Shown here: in pieces, positions 40,312 through 50,839 of the stretch | How positions within the stretch are numbered: the stretch's first letter is position 1 | How the letters are laid out: every line of letters begins with the position of its first letter | Assembly: GCA_963796275.1 (NCBI GenBank) | Contig: CAWCKY010000003.1 | Coordinates: forward strand, 1,120,001 to 1,184,000 | DNA: 64,000 nt | Source of the DNA: an uncultured Acidobacteriota bacterium | GTDB lineage: Bacteria; Acidobacteriota; Blastocatellia; RBC074 | Reading direction: 5' to 3' | The notes under the pieces: model-generated | What the model was told of the DNA's origin: nothing | What the model saw: only the letters and a program-made list of their open reading frames with translations | Database searches by the model: none | Program-made: the position numbers and the translations under genes

Positions 40312-43300
40312 ATGAGCGACTCTCAAATCAGCTTCTACGTTGTCGGCGGGACGCTGCCGTCGCGCGCCCCTTGTTATATACAGCGGCGCGCGGACCTGGA
40401 TTTGTACGAGGGTCTGAGGGAAGGAAGCTTTTGCTACGTGCTCACCTCGCGACAGATGGGCAAATCCAGCCTGATGATCCGCACTGCGGCGCGTTTGCGC
40501 GAAGAGGGTACGAACGTTGTGTTGCTAGACCTGGCGGCGGTCGGGCAGAACCTCAGCGCCGAGCAATGGTACGGCGGTCTCCTCATGCGGATGGGATCAC
40601 AGATGGGTCTGGTGGATGAGTTGCTGCGATTCTGGCAGGATCACCCATTGCTCGGCCCGATGCAACAATGGATGCAGGCGATACGCGAATTGGTATTGCC
40701 GCGCGTAACCGGGAGGATGGTGATCTTCGTGGACGAGATTGACGCGGTGCGGAGTCTGCCGTTTTCGACTGATGAGTTCTTCGCCGGGATTCGCGAATTC
40801 TACAACCGCCGCACTGAAGACTCGGAACTTCAGCGACTGACCTTCTGCCTGCTCGGAGTGGCATCGCCATCAGATCTGATCCGCGATACACGCACGACGC
40901 CGTTCAACATAGGGCAGCGGATTGAGCTGAATGATTTCACTGAGGCCGAAGCGGGGCCACTGGCCCAAGGGCTGAATCACAGTGAACGGCTCGGCGGGAA
41001 GCTGCTCAAGCGGGTTCTCTACTGGACGGGGGGGCATCCATACTTAACGCAGCGGTTCTGCCAGGCGATAGTTGAAGAGGCAAGGGAGGATACCACTGCC
41101 GAAGTTGATCGCCTGTGTCAGGAACTGTTTCTCTCACACCTTGCGCAGGGGCGAGACGACAATCTGCTGTTTGTCCGTGAACGAATGCTGCGCAGCGAGG
41201 TCGATCTGGCGGGCCTGCTCAGCCGCTACGCTCAGGTGCATGCAGGCAAGCGCATACGCGATGACCTGACCAATCCTTTGATCGGCGTCCTACGGTTGTC
41301 TGGAGTCACGCGGGCGGTTGGCGGCTACCTGGCGGTAAGGAATCGCATCTACGAGCGTGTCTTCGACCGAGAATGGTGTAACACGAATATGCCGGATGCT
41401 GAGCAGCGGCGACAATCGGCGGCCTACAGGCGGGGTATACGACGTGCCGCTGCCGTAGCCGCTTTGATCCTTATCCTTCTTTCCGGCTTATCAATTTACG
41501 CATTCAGGCAGCGCAACCGCGCCAATCAATATGCGAGGGAGCAAGGGCTAACGCTAACCAGATTACAGAGTGCTCTAGGCCAAGCGAAGCGGCAGGAAGA
41601 GGCAGCCATCGAGCACCGCAAGCTGGCGGAAGAGCAACGATGGGAAGCTGAACAGCAACGGCAGGTGGCAGAATGGCAGCGCGCCGAAGGCCAAACGCAA
41701 CGCAACCGAGCCGTGAGGGAAGAGCAATCCAATCGCAAGTTATTATATGCGGCGCATATGAATATGGCGCAACAGTCTTGGGAGATCGCTGATGTAAGAC
41801 ACGTCGAAGAGCTGTTGAATTCGTACCGCCCATATTCTGGGGGTGAGGACCTACGGGGCTTCGAGTGGTACTACTTGTGGCGTCTCTCGCATAGATTTTC
41901 ATCTACATTGCGCCACAATGGCGTTGTCCATTCAGTGGCCTTCTCGACCGACGGAAAGCAGCTGGCGACTGGGAGCAGTGATCGTACAGTCAAGCTATGG
42001 GACGCCGCTACCGGCCAGGAGACGCTCACACTCAAGGGGCATCCGAGCATTGTCACTTCTGTGGTCTTCTCCCCCGACGGAAAGTGGCTGGCGACCGCGA
42101 GTTGGGATAACACAGTCAAACTGTGGGACGCCGCTACCGGACAGGAGACGCTCACACTCAAGGGGCATTCGGACGAGGTCACTTCGGTGGCATTCTCGCC
42201 TGACGGGAAGCGGCTGGCGACCGGGAGTTGGGATAGCACAGTCAAACTGTGGGACGCCGCCACAGGCCAGGAGACGCACACCCTCAAGGGGCATTCGTAT
42301 CGGGTCACATCGGTGGCCTTCTCGCCCGACGGAAAGCGGCTGGCGACCGCGAGTTGGGATAACACAGTCAAACTGTGGGACACTGCTACCGGCCAGGAGA
42401 CGCTCACACTCAAGGGGCATTCGGGCTTGGTCACATCGGTGGCCTTCTCGCCCGATGGGAAGCGACTGGCAACCGGGAGTTGGGATAGCACAGTCAAACT
42501 GTGGGACGCCGCCACAGGCCAGGAGACGCTCACCCTCAAGGGGCATTCGGAAGAGGTCACATCGGTGACCTTCTCGCCCGACGGGAAGTGGCTGGCAACC
42601 GGGAGCGTTGATCGCACAGTCAAGCTGTGGGACGCAACAGGCCAGGAGACGCTCACACTCAAGGGGCATTCGTACCCGGTCGCTTCGGTGGCCTTCTCGC
42701 CCGACGGGAAGTGGCTGGCAACCGGGAGTAGTGATCGCACAGTCAAGCTGTGGGACGCAACAGGCCAGGAGACACTCACACTCAAGGGGCATTCGTACCC
42801 GGACGCTAATATGCTCATCTCTGGGAAGCGGCTGGCGACCAGGAGCGTAGATGGCACTGTCAAGCGGTGGGAGCTCACTGGCCAGGAGCTCACCCTCAAA
42901 GGGCATTCGGATCGATTCATTTCGGTGGCCTTCTCGCCCGACGGGAAGCGGCTGGCGACCGGAAGCTACCGCACAGTCAAGCTGTGGGACGCCGCCACCG
43001 GCCAGGAGACGCTCACCCTCAAAGGGCATTCGGAACAGGTCACATCGGTGGCCTTCTCGCCCGACGGGAAGCGGCTGGCGACCGCGAGTTGGGATCACAC
43101 AGTCAAGCTATGGGACGCCGCCACCGGCCAAGAGACGCTCACACTCAAGGGGCATCCGAGCATTGTCACTTCTGTGGCCTTCTCCCCCGACGGGAAGCGG
43201 CTGGCGACCAGAAGCTACCGCACGGTCAAGCTGTGGGACGTCGCTACCGGCCAGGAAACGCTCACCATCAAGGGGCATTCGGAACAGGTCACATCGATGG

Positions 43301-43866
43301 CCTTCTCGCCCGACGGGAAGCGGCTGGCGGTTGGGAGCAGTGATCCCACAGTCAAGCTGTGGGACACCGCCACCGGCCAGGAGACGCTTACCCTCAAGGG
43401 GCATTCGAGCTATGTCCCGTCGGTGGCCTTCTCGCCCGACGGGAAGCGGCTGGCGACCGCGAGTTGGGATCACACAGTCAAGCTGTGGGACGCCGCCACC
43501 GGCCAGGAGACGCTCACCCTCAAAGGGCATTCGGAACAGGTCACATCGGTGGCCTTCTCGCCCGACGGGAAGCGGCTGGCGACCGCGAGTTGGGATCACA
43601 CAGTCAAGCTGTGGGACGCCACCACCGGCCAGGAGATGCTTACCCTCAAAGGGCATTCGGAACGAGTCATTTCGGTAGCCTTCTCGCCCGATGGGAAGCG
43701 GCTGGCGACCGCGAGTTTTTCTGGCACAGTCAAGCTATGGGACGCCGCAACGGAACAGATCGGGATCACCGACGAAGTTTTGTCCCAACGGAATTATTCT
43801 ATTAGAAATAACTGTCATGAAACTCCTGGAAGCGTGTCAATCCGGTACAGGCTTGGGATACGGTAA
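40312..43866 (+). CDS. AAA_35 NTPase - TM - coiled coil - 15 WD40 repeats
   Basis: SRQMGKSSL, FVDEID, TPFNIG, GGHPYLTQ; TM AVAALILILLSGLSIYAF; GH...VAFSPDGK.LAT...TVKLWD repeats. Confidence 0.92.
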   Translation: MSDSQISFYVVGGTLPSRAPCYIQRRADLDLYEGLREGSFCYVLTSRQMGKSSLMIRTAARLREEGTNVVLLDLAAVGQNLSAEQWYGGLLMRMGSQMGLVDELLRFWQDHPLLGPMQQWMQAIRELVLPRVTGRMVIFVDEIDAVRSLPFSTDEFFAGIREFYNRRTEDSELQRLTFCLLGVASPSDLIRDTRTTPFNIGQRIELNDFTEAEAGPLAQGLNHSERLGGKLLKRVLYWTGGHPYLTQRFCQAIVEEAREDTTAEVDRLCQELFLSHLAQGRDDNLLFVRERMLRSEVDLAGLLSRYAQVHAGKRIRDDLTNPLIGVLRLSGVTRAVGGYLAVRNRIYERVFDREWCNTNMPDAEQRRQSAAYRRGIRRAAAVAALILILLSGLSIYAFRQRNRANQYAREQGLTLTRLQSALGQAKRQEEAAIEHRKLAEEQRWEAEQQRQVAEWQRAEGQTQRNRAVREEQSNRKLLYAAHMNMAQQSWEIADVRHVEELLNSYRPYSGGEDLRGFEWYYLWRLSHRFSSTLRHNGVVHSVAFSTDGKQLATGSSDRTVKLWDAATGQETLTLKGHPSIVTSVVFSPDGKWLATASWDNTVKLWDAATGQETLTLKGHSDEVTSVAFSPDGKRLATGSWDSTVKLWDAATGQETHTLKGHSYRVTSVAFSPDGKRLATASWDNTVKLWDTATGQETLTLKGHSGLVTSVAFSPDGKRLATGSWDSTVKLWDAATGQETLTLKGHSEEVTSVTFSPDGKWLATGSVDRTVKLWDATGQETLTLKGHSYPVASVAFSPDGKWLATGSSDRTVKLWDATGQETLTLKGHSYPDANMLISGKRLATRSVDGTVKRWELTGQELTLKGHSDRFISVAFSPDGKRLATGSYRTVKLWDAATGQETLTLKGHSEQVTSVAFSPDGKRLATASWDHTVKLWDAATGQETLTLKGHPSIVTSVAFSPDGKRLATRSYRTVKLWDVATGQETLTIKGHSEQVTSMAFSPDGKRLAVGSSDPTVKLWDTATGQETLTLKGHSSYVPSVAFSPDGKRLATASWDHTVKLWDAATGQETLTLKGHSEQVTSVAFSPDGKRLATASWDHTVKLWDATTGQEMLTLKGHSERVISVAFSPDGKRLATASFSGTVKLWDAATEQIGITDEVLSQRNYSIRNNCHETPGSVSIRYRLGIR
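41900..43752 (+). repeat. Tandem ~123-126-bp WD40-coding DNA repeats
   Basis: Near-identical GTCAAGCTGTGGGACGCCGCCACCGGCCAGGAGACGCTCACCCTCAAGGGGCATTCG units. Confidence 0.95.
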
Positions 43867-44985
43867 TAAGAGCTTTTCCGCAAACCACGTTCGCGAGATT
43901 GTGGAAAAGTTGAATCTATTCATTTGCGCATGTGTGAATCCTGACGGACGCCATTTCAGCCAGACGAGCGATCCGATGTGGCGCAAGAACCGCCGCCCAC
44001 ATTCGGGTGGTGGAAATTGTGTGGGCGTCGATTTCAATCGCAATTTCGATTTCCTTTGGGACCATTTGAGAAAGTTTGCCGGTGACTCTGTAGTGAGCGC
44101 TTCGGACGATCCCTGTAACAAGAATGTATATCGTGGCCCGTCACCCGCATCGGAGCCAGAGACAAGGAAGGTCGTCTGGCTGTTGGATACCTTCCCGCGA
44201 ATCCGGTGGCATGTGGATATGCATAGCGCTGTCCCGGTAATTTTGTACAGTTGGGGTAGTGACAAAACAATCAGACGACAGCCCCTGCTCAGACGTTTTT
44301 AAATAGTGCATTCGATGCGGTCCGGGGACGCGCAAACGATGCCGCGTATGGCGAGTACATTGCACAGAATGATCTCAGCATCGCCGCAACAGTGGCCAAG
44401 AACGTGAACGACGCCTTGAAAGCAGTTCGCGGCATCGACTATGGTGTTGAGCAGGCATTTGGCCTATATCCGACGTCCGGTGCAAGGGACGACTATGCAT
44501 TCGGCCGCTATTTTGCTGATCTCTCGAAAGCCAAGGTCTATGGTTTCACTATAGAGTGCGGCCAAAGCTTTCAACCAGCTTGGTCGGAGGCTGAAGAAGT
44601 TATCCGGGAAGTGTCAAGTGGTCTGATTGGCCTGTGCCTCGAAGCATCTTCCAGCGCGCCTATTCCGATTGTGGCGTCTGAAGGAACCGACATCGTGCTG
44701 GTCCGACAGACCGCAGGTTGGAACACGATCCCGATTGCGTTTTCCAATGAAGACGGCGGTTGGCGCATCACCAACGGCGGAGCGCCCGACTTCATTGCCA
44801 ACTGGGCCAGTCAGCCTGGAGTGAGATTAGTGACCGGTGACTTCAAAGACCATAAATACCGGGATACATTCATTGCGCCGCTACCCGGAGGAAGCGAAGC
44901 AAAACCGATTGCCCGAAGCTGCTGCCGATTGACAACCGGCAAAGTTTGTAGATTAACGCTACGAAAGGTATGTCACGAAAGGTAA
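43817..44985 (+). pseudogene. M14 zinc carboxypeptidase, N-terminally truncated and frameshifted
   Basis: VNPDG, WRKNR, GVDFNRNF, SEPET, DMHS, YPTSG..DD, FTIE; HxxE region missing. Confidence 0.85.
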
Positions 44986-45395
44986 GTTGATGCGGCAAGA
45001 TCGATCTGCCTCGATATGATCGCCCCCGCTCGCCAATACTCTCTCCTCGGTGGCTGAGAATCACATCGGACCTGACTGATCCATCCTGAATTTTTCAAAG
45101 AGGCAAATTTCCATGTCATGGCTTGGCCCATTTCTCTCACTTGTCAGAGGATGGGGATTCCACTCCTGGTGACTTTAATGTGATTGAGGTTTGCCACCTA
45201 TCTGACAGACCATTGTATAAATAATTGTCTATACAATGGTTTATACATTGGATCTCGTATTTTGGCCGTGTAGGCGCCATCAGATGCGAACAGCGCACTC
45301 TTAGGAGATCGCCCTCATAAACATTACCGGCTGCTTGCCGATCTGCAAGCGCATGATGACGCAGGGCGTGTATTGAACGTAAGAAGAGAACAAAC

Positions 45396-46083
45396 ATGCA
45401 AGAGGAAGGTGCCTTGGTCCTTTACGGCCGCGGAGCCGGTCTCGGAAATTTTAAGTTTTTCGCCGATGATTTAGTTACTACTGAACTGACATCTATTAAG
45501 CGACAGAACATATTCATTAAGAAGGTCGGCGCCGCAAAGATTTTTTCGAGCTATTGAACAATCCGCCGTTCACTTTCAGGTTGAAGGAGTTCCACATCTA
45601 CGCTCATTCAATTGGAGGCGGTCTTTTTCTCGGTTACGGAGACCTGGGCATGCAACAAGCGCGATACACGGTTGCGGACCGGGCGAGAGATGGAACGGCA
45701 ACCTATCTCCGAGTGCTGAAGACGGAAATTGGCACTATCTTCACGGACGATCTGATAAGGTCTCCATACAAGGATTATCGCTCGACAATTCGCGCTAGCT
45801 TAAGCAATAACGCCAAAATCAAAATATGGGGATGTAATTCGGGCGTAGCTAATTGACTTATAGCGACGTAGACAGTAATGGGAGTTACGTCTATGATCCG
45901 AATGCCCCTGCGAGTTCCTATTACTGGCGGGCATTAAATGAACTCAACACACCCAAGCCAAGTATTGCTCAGGCGTTCGCTGATTACTTTCAGGTCCAAC
46001 CTACGGCGCGACCAGCGGTTCGAGTATCCAAGTCAAATATAAAGGGCGTTGGGTATCGTCAGCCAAGCTTAATCGTAAGGTAA
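45396..46083 (+). pseudogene. Putative caspase-like (His/Cys) protein, disrupted
   Basis: FHIYAHS and IKIWGCNSG; frameshifts and in-frame TGA at 45854-45856. Confidence 0.45.
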
Positions 46084-46128
46084 ATGAACAAGACGTGCTT
46101 CGCCTGGCGCCCGACAGAGGAGTTTATA

Positions 46129-46893
46129 ATGAGTACATCCCACGGTAATGGCTTCCAAACTACTTTTTCTGATTTGATCGCACTCGTCTTAGTCATACTT
46201 TTGCAGAGCGCGTGTCTTGCTAGCCCACAGTCAAATACACAAAATGCCCAGGGCCAGGCGGTTACTACAAAACCGGTCGATTGCGCTTCGCCGACGCCAC
46301 CGGAAAATGTTGAAGCAATGCCGGAATGGGAAGGCAGCGATCTGCATAAAGCGATTTCTCGACAAGATGTGGCTGGACTTAAAAACCTGTTGAATCAAAA
46401 TGTGAACACAAACACAAAGGATAATTACGGAAATGCTCCGTTGTTTTATGCTTCCGGTCTGACCATCAAAGAACCGAATATGGAGATGGGCGAAGTTGCA
46501 CGTCGGGAAAGAGAACGTGAAAGAGAAAAAGAGGCGCAGTTTAAAACTACTGCGGTGGAAGAACTTTTGATGCACGGCGCAGATCCGAATCTTAGGGGGG
46601 CTCATAAAGCAACACCGTTGATTAAGGCGGCTTCGGGGGGATATGGACCCCGTCACACTGTTCAGATTTTGTCCTTGCTCATCGGATATCAGGCAGATGT
46701 TAATCTTCGTGACGAACGAGGGTATAGCGCGCTCATGACAGCGGCGCAGACCGGCAGCCCGGAAGTCGTAAATTTTCTGCTCGAGCACGATGCTGACGCC
46801 ACGCTGGCCAATTGCGATGGAAAAACGGCGATCCTGATCGCCCGGGCTTTAAATCACACGGAGGTCGTTCGTATATTACAAAGCGCGAAATAG
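46129..46893 (+). CDS. Exported ankyrin-repeat protein (possible lipoprotein)
   Basis: GAGGAG RBS, hydrophobic N-terminus ending LQSAC, GADPN/ADVN, TPLIKAA, SALMTAA ankyrin motifs. Confidence 0.85.
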   Translation: MSTSHGNGFQTTFSDLIALVLVILLQSACLASPQSNTQNAQGQAVTTKPVDCASPTPPENVEAMPEWEGSDLHKAISRQDVAGLKNLLNQNVNTNTKDNYGNAPLFYASGLTIKEPNMEMGEVARREREREREKEAQFKTTAVEELLMHGADPNLRGAHKATPLIKAASGGYGPRHTVQILSLLIGYQADVNLRDERGYSALMTAAQTGSPEVVNFLLEHDADATLANCDGKTAILIARALNHTEVVRILQSAK

Positions 46894-47307
46894 CGATCAT
46901 CAAGGCGAACAACAGATCACCATCGAAACCAGTGAGCCGGTCGGCGCCGGCGCTCTGCAACTCGCATCCGAGCAACAAGTCAAATCATCATTCATGGAAT
47001 CGGCGATATGCGCCTACCTCCCCATACGGCCCATACGGAAACGTACGCGTATTCGCCCAGAGTCCCGAAGCGATATTAAAATCTGGAGTATTAGTAATTC
47101 GGACGCGAGGCCGCAAAATCGAGTCTCGACAACCCAATCCCGCCGTATTAAATTCGAGAATTTGTTGACAATACTGAACTTGTTGCCAACCTTTTCCTTC
47201 ACAATTACTCTATAATTCACAAGCGTAGCAAAGCCCGACACTGCCAAAATCCTTCAGGCGTAAACATTTTTTCTTTAATTGTTAATATTTCGAGATAGAG
47301 AGCGTTT

Positions 47308-47922
47308 ATGGCTATGGAAGACGACGCAAAGGAGGAAATCGTGCCAGTAAACGCGACTCATATGAGAGCCATTCCGGATACAGAAATGAACCCAGTGCCC
47401 GGTTCAAGGTCGGAACTGGAGAGCTTATTTCGCCGGCATCACGAGCGTGTATTTCGAGCGGCATATCGAATCACGGGCAGTATCGTAGATGCTGAAGACG
47501 TATTGCAGACTGTTTTTTTGAGACTTTCGCGGCGCCAGGAAGATTTCAATTTAGAACCCAATCCGTCGAGTTATCTGCATAGAGCGGCGGTAAACGCCTC
47601 GCTCGATCTGATGCGGCAACGCGGCCGGACACAATCCATTCCCATCGAAGACATCGCGCCCGGTCTGGCTGCAAATCACAAGCTCGATCCCGAATCCCTG
47701 CGAGCGGACCGCGAACTCCGCACGGTTATTCGCCGTGCAGTCGCGAAGCTCGGAGAGAGATCGGCTGAAATGTTCGTGCTCAAATATTTCGAAGGGTATG
47801 AGAATAAGGAGATCGCCGAGATGATGGGGACATCTCCGCTCGTCGTCGGCGTCCTCCTTCATCGCTCCCGCGCCCGGGTCAAGAAATACCTTTCAGATTA
47901 TTGGGAGAGAGGCAGAGTTTAA
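47308..47922 (+). CDS. ECF sigma-70 factor
   Basis: [28 protein letters not shown]. Confidence 0.9.
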   Translation: MAMEDDAKEEIVPVNATHMRAIPDTEMNPVPGSRSELESLFRRHHERVFRAAYRITGSIVDAEDVLQTVFLRLSRRQEDFNLEPNPSSYLHRAAVNASLDLMRQRGRTQSIPIEDIAPGLAANHKLDPESLRADRELRTVIRRAVAKLGERSAEMFVLKYFEGYENKEIAEMMGTSPLVVGVLLHRSRARVKKYLSDYWERGRV

Positions 47923-47924
47923 CC

Positions 47925-50621
47925 ATGAAACTAAGGGATATGAATAAAATGATCGACGATGTAACAGCAGGCATCCGCGACGAGCAACTCGATGCTGCGA
48001 CGATCGATGGCGCGGCGCAGCGCGCTTGGACGAGAATTTCGGGCGAGCATACGGCGGCGGAGGTCGGCGCGCCGCCGGTCGAACATATTCGCGGTTGTTC
48101 GGATTTTCAGGCTTTGATTCCAGCCTACCAGCAGGGAATTTTATCGAGCGCGCGTACCATGCTTCTTGAAGATCACGTACGCGAGTGCGTGCCCTGCCGC
48201 AAGGCGTTGAAAGCGGCCCGGGTCGGCAATCAGGCTGCGCTCCGGCTCGAAAGCCAAAAAGCCAGAGTGACGACCGATACCTATCGGATGGCCGTTTTAC
48301 GCTGGGGGGTAGCGGCCGTACTGGTAATCGGCCTGGGGATGATTGCGATGCCATGGGCGCGCCGGTTCATTAGTTCGATAGGCACGCTGCAGGCTGTCGT
48401 AGAGGCATCCAACGGCAGCGTTTATAAAGTCACCGACGAGCGAACGGAAGCGGTAAGAGCCGGCGAGAAGCTCAAGCGTGGCGAACGCCTCCGTACGGCA
48501 AATGATGCGACCGCGGTGGTCAAGTTGTCCGATGGTTCGTCGGTCGAAATGCGTGAACGCACGGAATTATCGATTTCCGACAATTCAGCGCAGGCCACGA
48601 TCAATCTTGAGCGGGGCAACATCATTGTGGAGGCCGCGAAGCAGCGAGGCCGCAAGCTGTTTGTGACCACCGATGACGCGCTGGTGTCAGTTACCGGCAC
48701 GATTTTCTCGGTCAACAACGGCACGAAGGGCGCGCGCGTTTCGGTGATTGAAGGCGCAGTCCACGTCGATCAGGGCGGTAAAAATCATCTATTGAACGCG
48801 GGGCAGCAGGCGACCACTCATCCGAGTATCGAACGAATTCCGGTGCAGGACGAGATCGCGTGGAGCAGGGAGAGGGAACGTTACATCAAGTTGCTCGAAC
48901 CGGTTCGCGGCCAGATCGACCAACAGGTGAGTATGCCGGGTAATCGCTACTCGACCCGGCTGCTCGACCTGATGCCGGAGAACACCCTGCTTTATGTGGC
49001 TATTCCTAACATCAGCCGGACGCTCGCCGAAGCCAATCGCATCTTGCAGGAGAATGTGCAGCAGAATCCCGAACTGCGCGAGTGGTGGGAGAAAGATCGC
49101 TCTGACAACCGGAAGAATCTGCGTCAAGCGATCGATCTGGCGCGCGAGTTGGGCGGCTATCTAGGTGACGAAATCGTCGTGAGCATAGAAGCCGGGGCAA
49201 ACGGGGCGAATGGTGCAAACCGGGCAAACGGCGCAAACGGCGCAAGAGGGCCAAATGGCGTGGAAGAGCCGATGGTCATCGCCGAATTACGCGATGCCGG
49301 CGGGTTCCGCATCTTCCTCGAGAACCAGTTGGCGCAGCTGAGCGCGGATGGGAAGAAGATTCGGATTGTCGACGATTCGTCGCTGGCCGAGTTATCGGAT
49401 ACGAAAGGAGAGCTCCTCGTCTGGATCGCCGACGATCTGGTTGCAGTCTCGTCGAGGCCTGCCGCCTTGAGACAATTGTCGGCACGGTCGCAACAAAGTG
49501 TTAAGTTATTTACAACGACCCCGTTTTACTCACAGATCAATGGCCTTTACCGTGAAGGCGCGGGATTGGTGATCGCCGCTGACCTGGAGCGGATGGTGGC
49601 GCAGTCTTTAAGGAAAGACCTGGAAAAGAGTGCCGCCCAACAGCTCGGTGTGACCGATCTGCGATACTTCATCGTCGAGGTGAAGGAGAAAGACGGCAAA
49701 CCGTTCAACCGCGCATCCGTAAGCTTTCGGGAGAATCAGCACGGAGTAGGTTCCTGGCTGGCGCAGCCCGGGCCGATGGGCGCTCTCGAATTCATCTCGC
49801 CTGACGCGAACGTCGTGGCGGCTTTCGTAGTGAAGGAGCCGGCGGGGCTGGTCGACGACCTGTTCAATACATTGAAGGCGGTCGATGACGCCTCGTGGCA
49901 GAAGCTGCAGAAGTTCCAGGCGGACCAGGGGGTCGACCTGCGCAATGATTTCGCCGTGCCGTTGGGAGGCGAGTATGCCTTCGCAATCGATGGCCCATTG
50001 TTGCCGGTGCCTTCGTGGAAGGCCGTCTTCGAAGTCGACGACCCCGTCCATCTGCAGCAGACCCTCGAGCGGACTATCGAAAGAGCGAACATGGAGCTGA
50101 CGAAGGATGGCAAACGAGGGTTCGCCTGGTCGCAGACTGAGAGCGGCGGAAAGCGTTTCTACACGCTCAAATCGCTCGATTTCCCGGTTGTTGAAGTCAA
50201 TTACGCGTACGTTTACGGGTATCTGGTCGCGGCGCCCAGCCGCGCGCTGGTCGAGAACGCTATTAGTTATCGCGAATCGGGATACACGCTGCTGCAGTCG
50301 TCCAAGTTCAGAGCTACGCTGCCAGAGGACAAGCAGGCCAACTTCTCGGCGATGGTTTATCAGAATATTGGCTCGCTTATTTCTCCGATTGCGAGGAGCG
50401 TCGGCAAGGCCGCGACCAAACGCGCGCCCGGGAAGGCGGGTGAGGCCTTCGAGCAGCTGCTCGGCGATAAGGCCGGCCTGGCCTATGTCTACGCGCTCAA
50501 TGACAGGATGGTCATATCGGTGAATACCGAAGATGGGCCGCTCGGATTGAGCGCGTCTGATCTGCTCGGGCTGCCCGGATCATCAGGTTTGGGGCACATC
50601 ATCAGAGAAGCTACGAAATAG
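47925..50621 (+). CDS. Anti-sigma factor: zf-HC2, TM, FecR domain and large periplasmic C-terminus
   Basis: [10 protein letters not shown] helix, [27 protein letters not shown]. Confidence 0.85.
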   Translation: MKLRDMNKMIDDVTAGIRDEQLDAATIDGAAQRAWTRISGEHTAAEVGAPPVEHIRGCSDFQALIPAYQQGILSSARTMLLEDHVRECVPCRKALKAARVGNQAALRLESQKARVTTDTYRMAVLRWGVAAVLVIGLGMIAMPWARRFISSIGTLQAVVEASNGSVYKVTDERTEAVRAGEKLKRGERLRTANDATAVVKLSDGSSVEMRERTELSISDNSAQATINLERGNIIVEAAKQRGRKLFVTTDDALVSVTGTIFSVNNGTKGARVSVIEGAVHVDQGGKNHLLNAGQQATTHPSIERIPVQDEIAWSRERERYIKLLEPVRGQIDQQVSMPGNRYSTRLLDLMPENTLLYVAIPNISRTLAEANRILQENVQQNPELREWWEKDRSDNRKNLRQAIDLARELGGYLGDEIVVSIEAGANGANGANRANGANGARGPNGVEEPMVIAELRDAGGFRIFLENQLAQLSADGKKIRIVDDSSLAELSDTKGELLVWIADDLVAVSSRPAALRQLSARSQQSVKLFTTTPFYSQINGLYREGAGLVIAADLERMVAQSLRKDLEKSAAQQLGVTDLRYFIVEVKEKDGKPFNRASVSFRENQHGVGSWLAQPGPMGALEFISPDANVVAAFVVKEPAGLVDDLFNTLKAVDDASWQKLQKFQADQGVDLRNDFAVPLGGEYAFAIDGPLLPVPSWKAVFEVDDPVHLQQTLERTIERANMELTKDGKRGFAWSQTESGGKRFYTLKSLDFPVVEVNYAYVYGYLVAAPSRALVENAISYRESGYTLLQSSKFRATLPEDKQANFSAMVYQNIGSLISPIARSVGKAATKRAPGKAGEAFEQLLGDKAGLAYVYALNDRMVISVNTEDGPLGLSASDLLGLPGSSGLGHIIREATK

Positions 50622-50839
50622 AGCACAAAAAGGCATCTAAAAGCACAAAAAGACGAAACATTGGGGAATTACCGATTCCCCGATGTCTCGGTCTTTTTGT
50701 GCTTTTTTGTTCCCAATAGTGCGTTCATGATCTCCGTAAATTACGCCAATCGGTTGAAACTTAGTTTCACCGGTTGGCGTAACCGTTTATGCTTTTCAAG
50801 AACTTTGTCAAAAAATAAAAAACGTCGGGAGGCGAGGAA

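Noticed and set aside
41900-43752. CRISPR array or DGR template/variable repeats
   Set aside because: Repeats are in-frame WD40 units; no spacers, cas genes or reverse transcriptase, and variation is not adenine-specific
41843-43805. Long alternative-frame and antisense ORFs over the WD40 gene (also over HEAT, IS4 and asparaginase genes)
   Set aside because: Shadow ORFs expected from repetitive or GC-rich coding sequence; no motifs
18930-47200. Prophage or ICE
   Set aside because: No integrase, structural, replication or conjugation genes and no tRNA att site seen
47257-50790. Shared GGCGTAA(A/C)C upstream of the ECF and DUF4097 genes as ECF -35 element
   Set aside because: Only two instances and no matching -10 element
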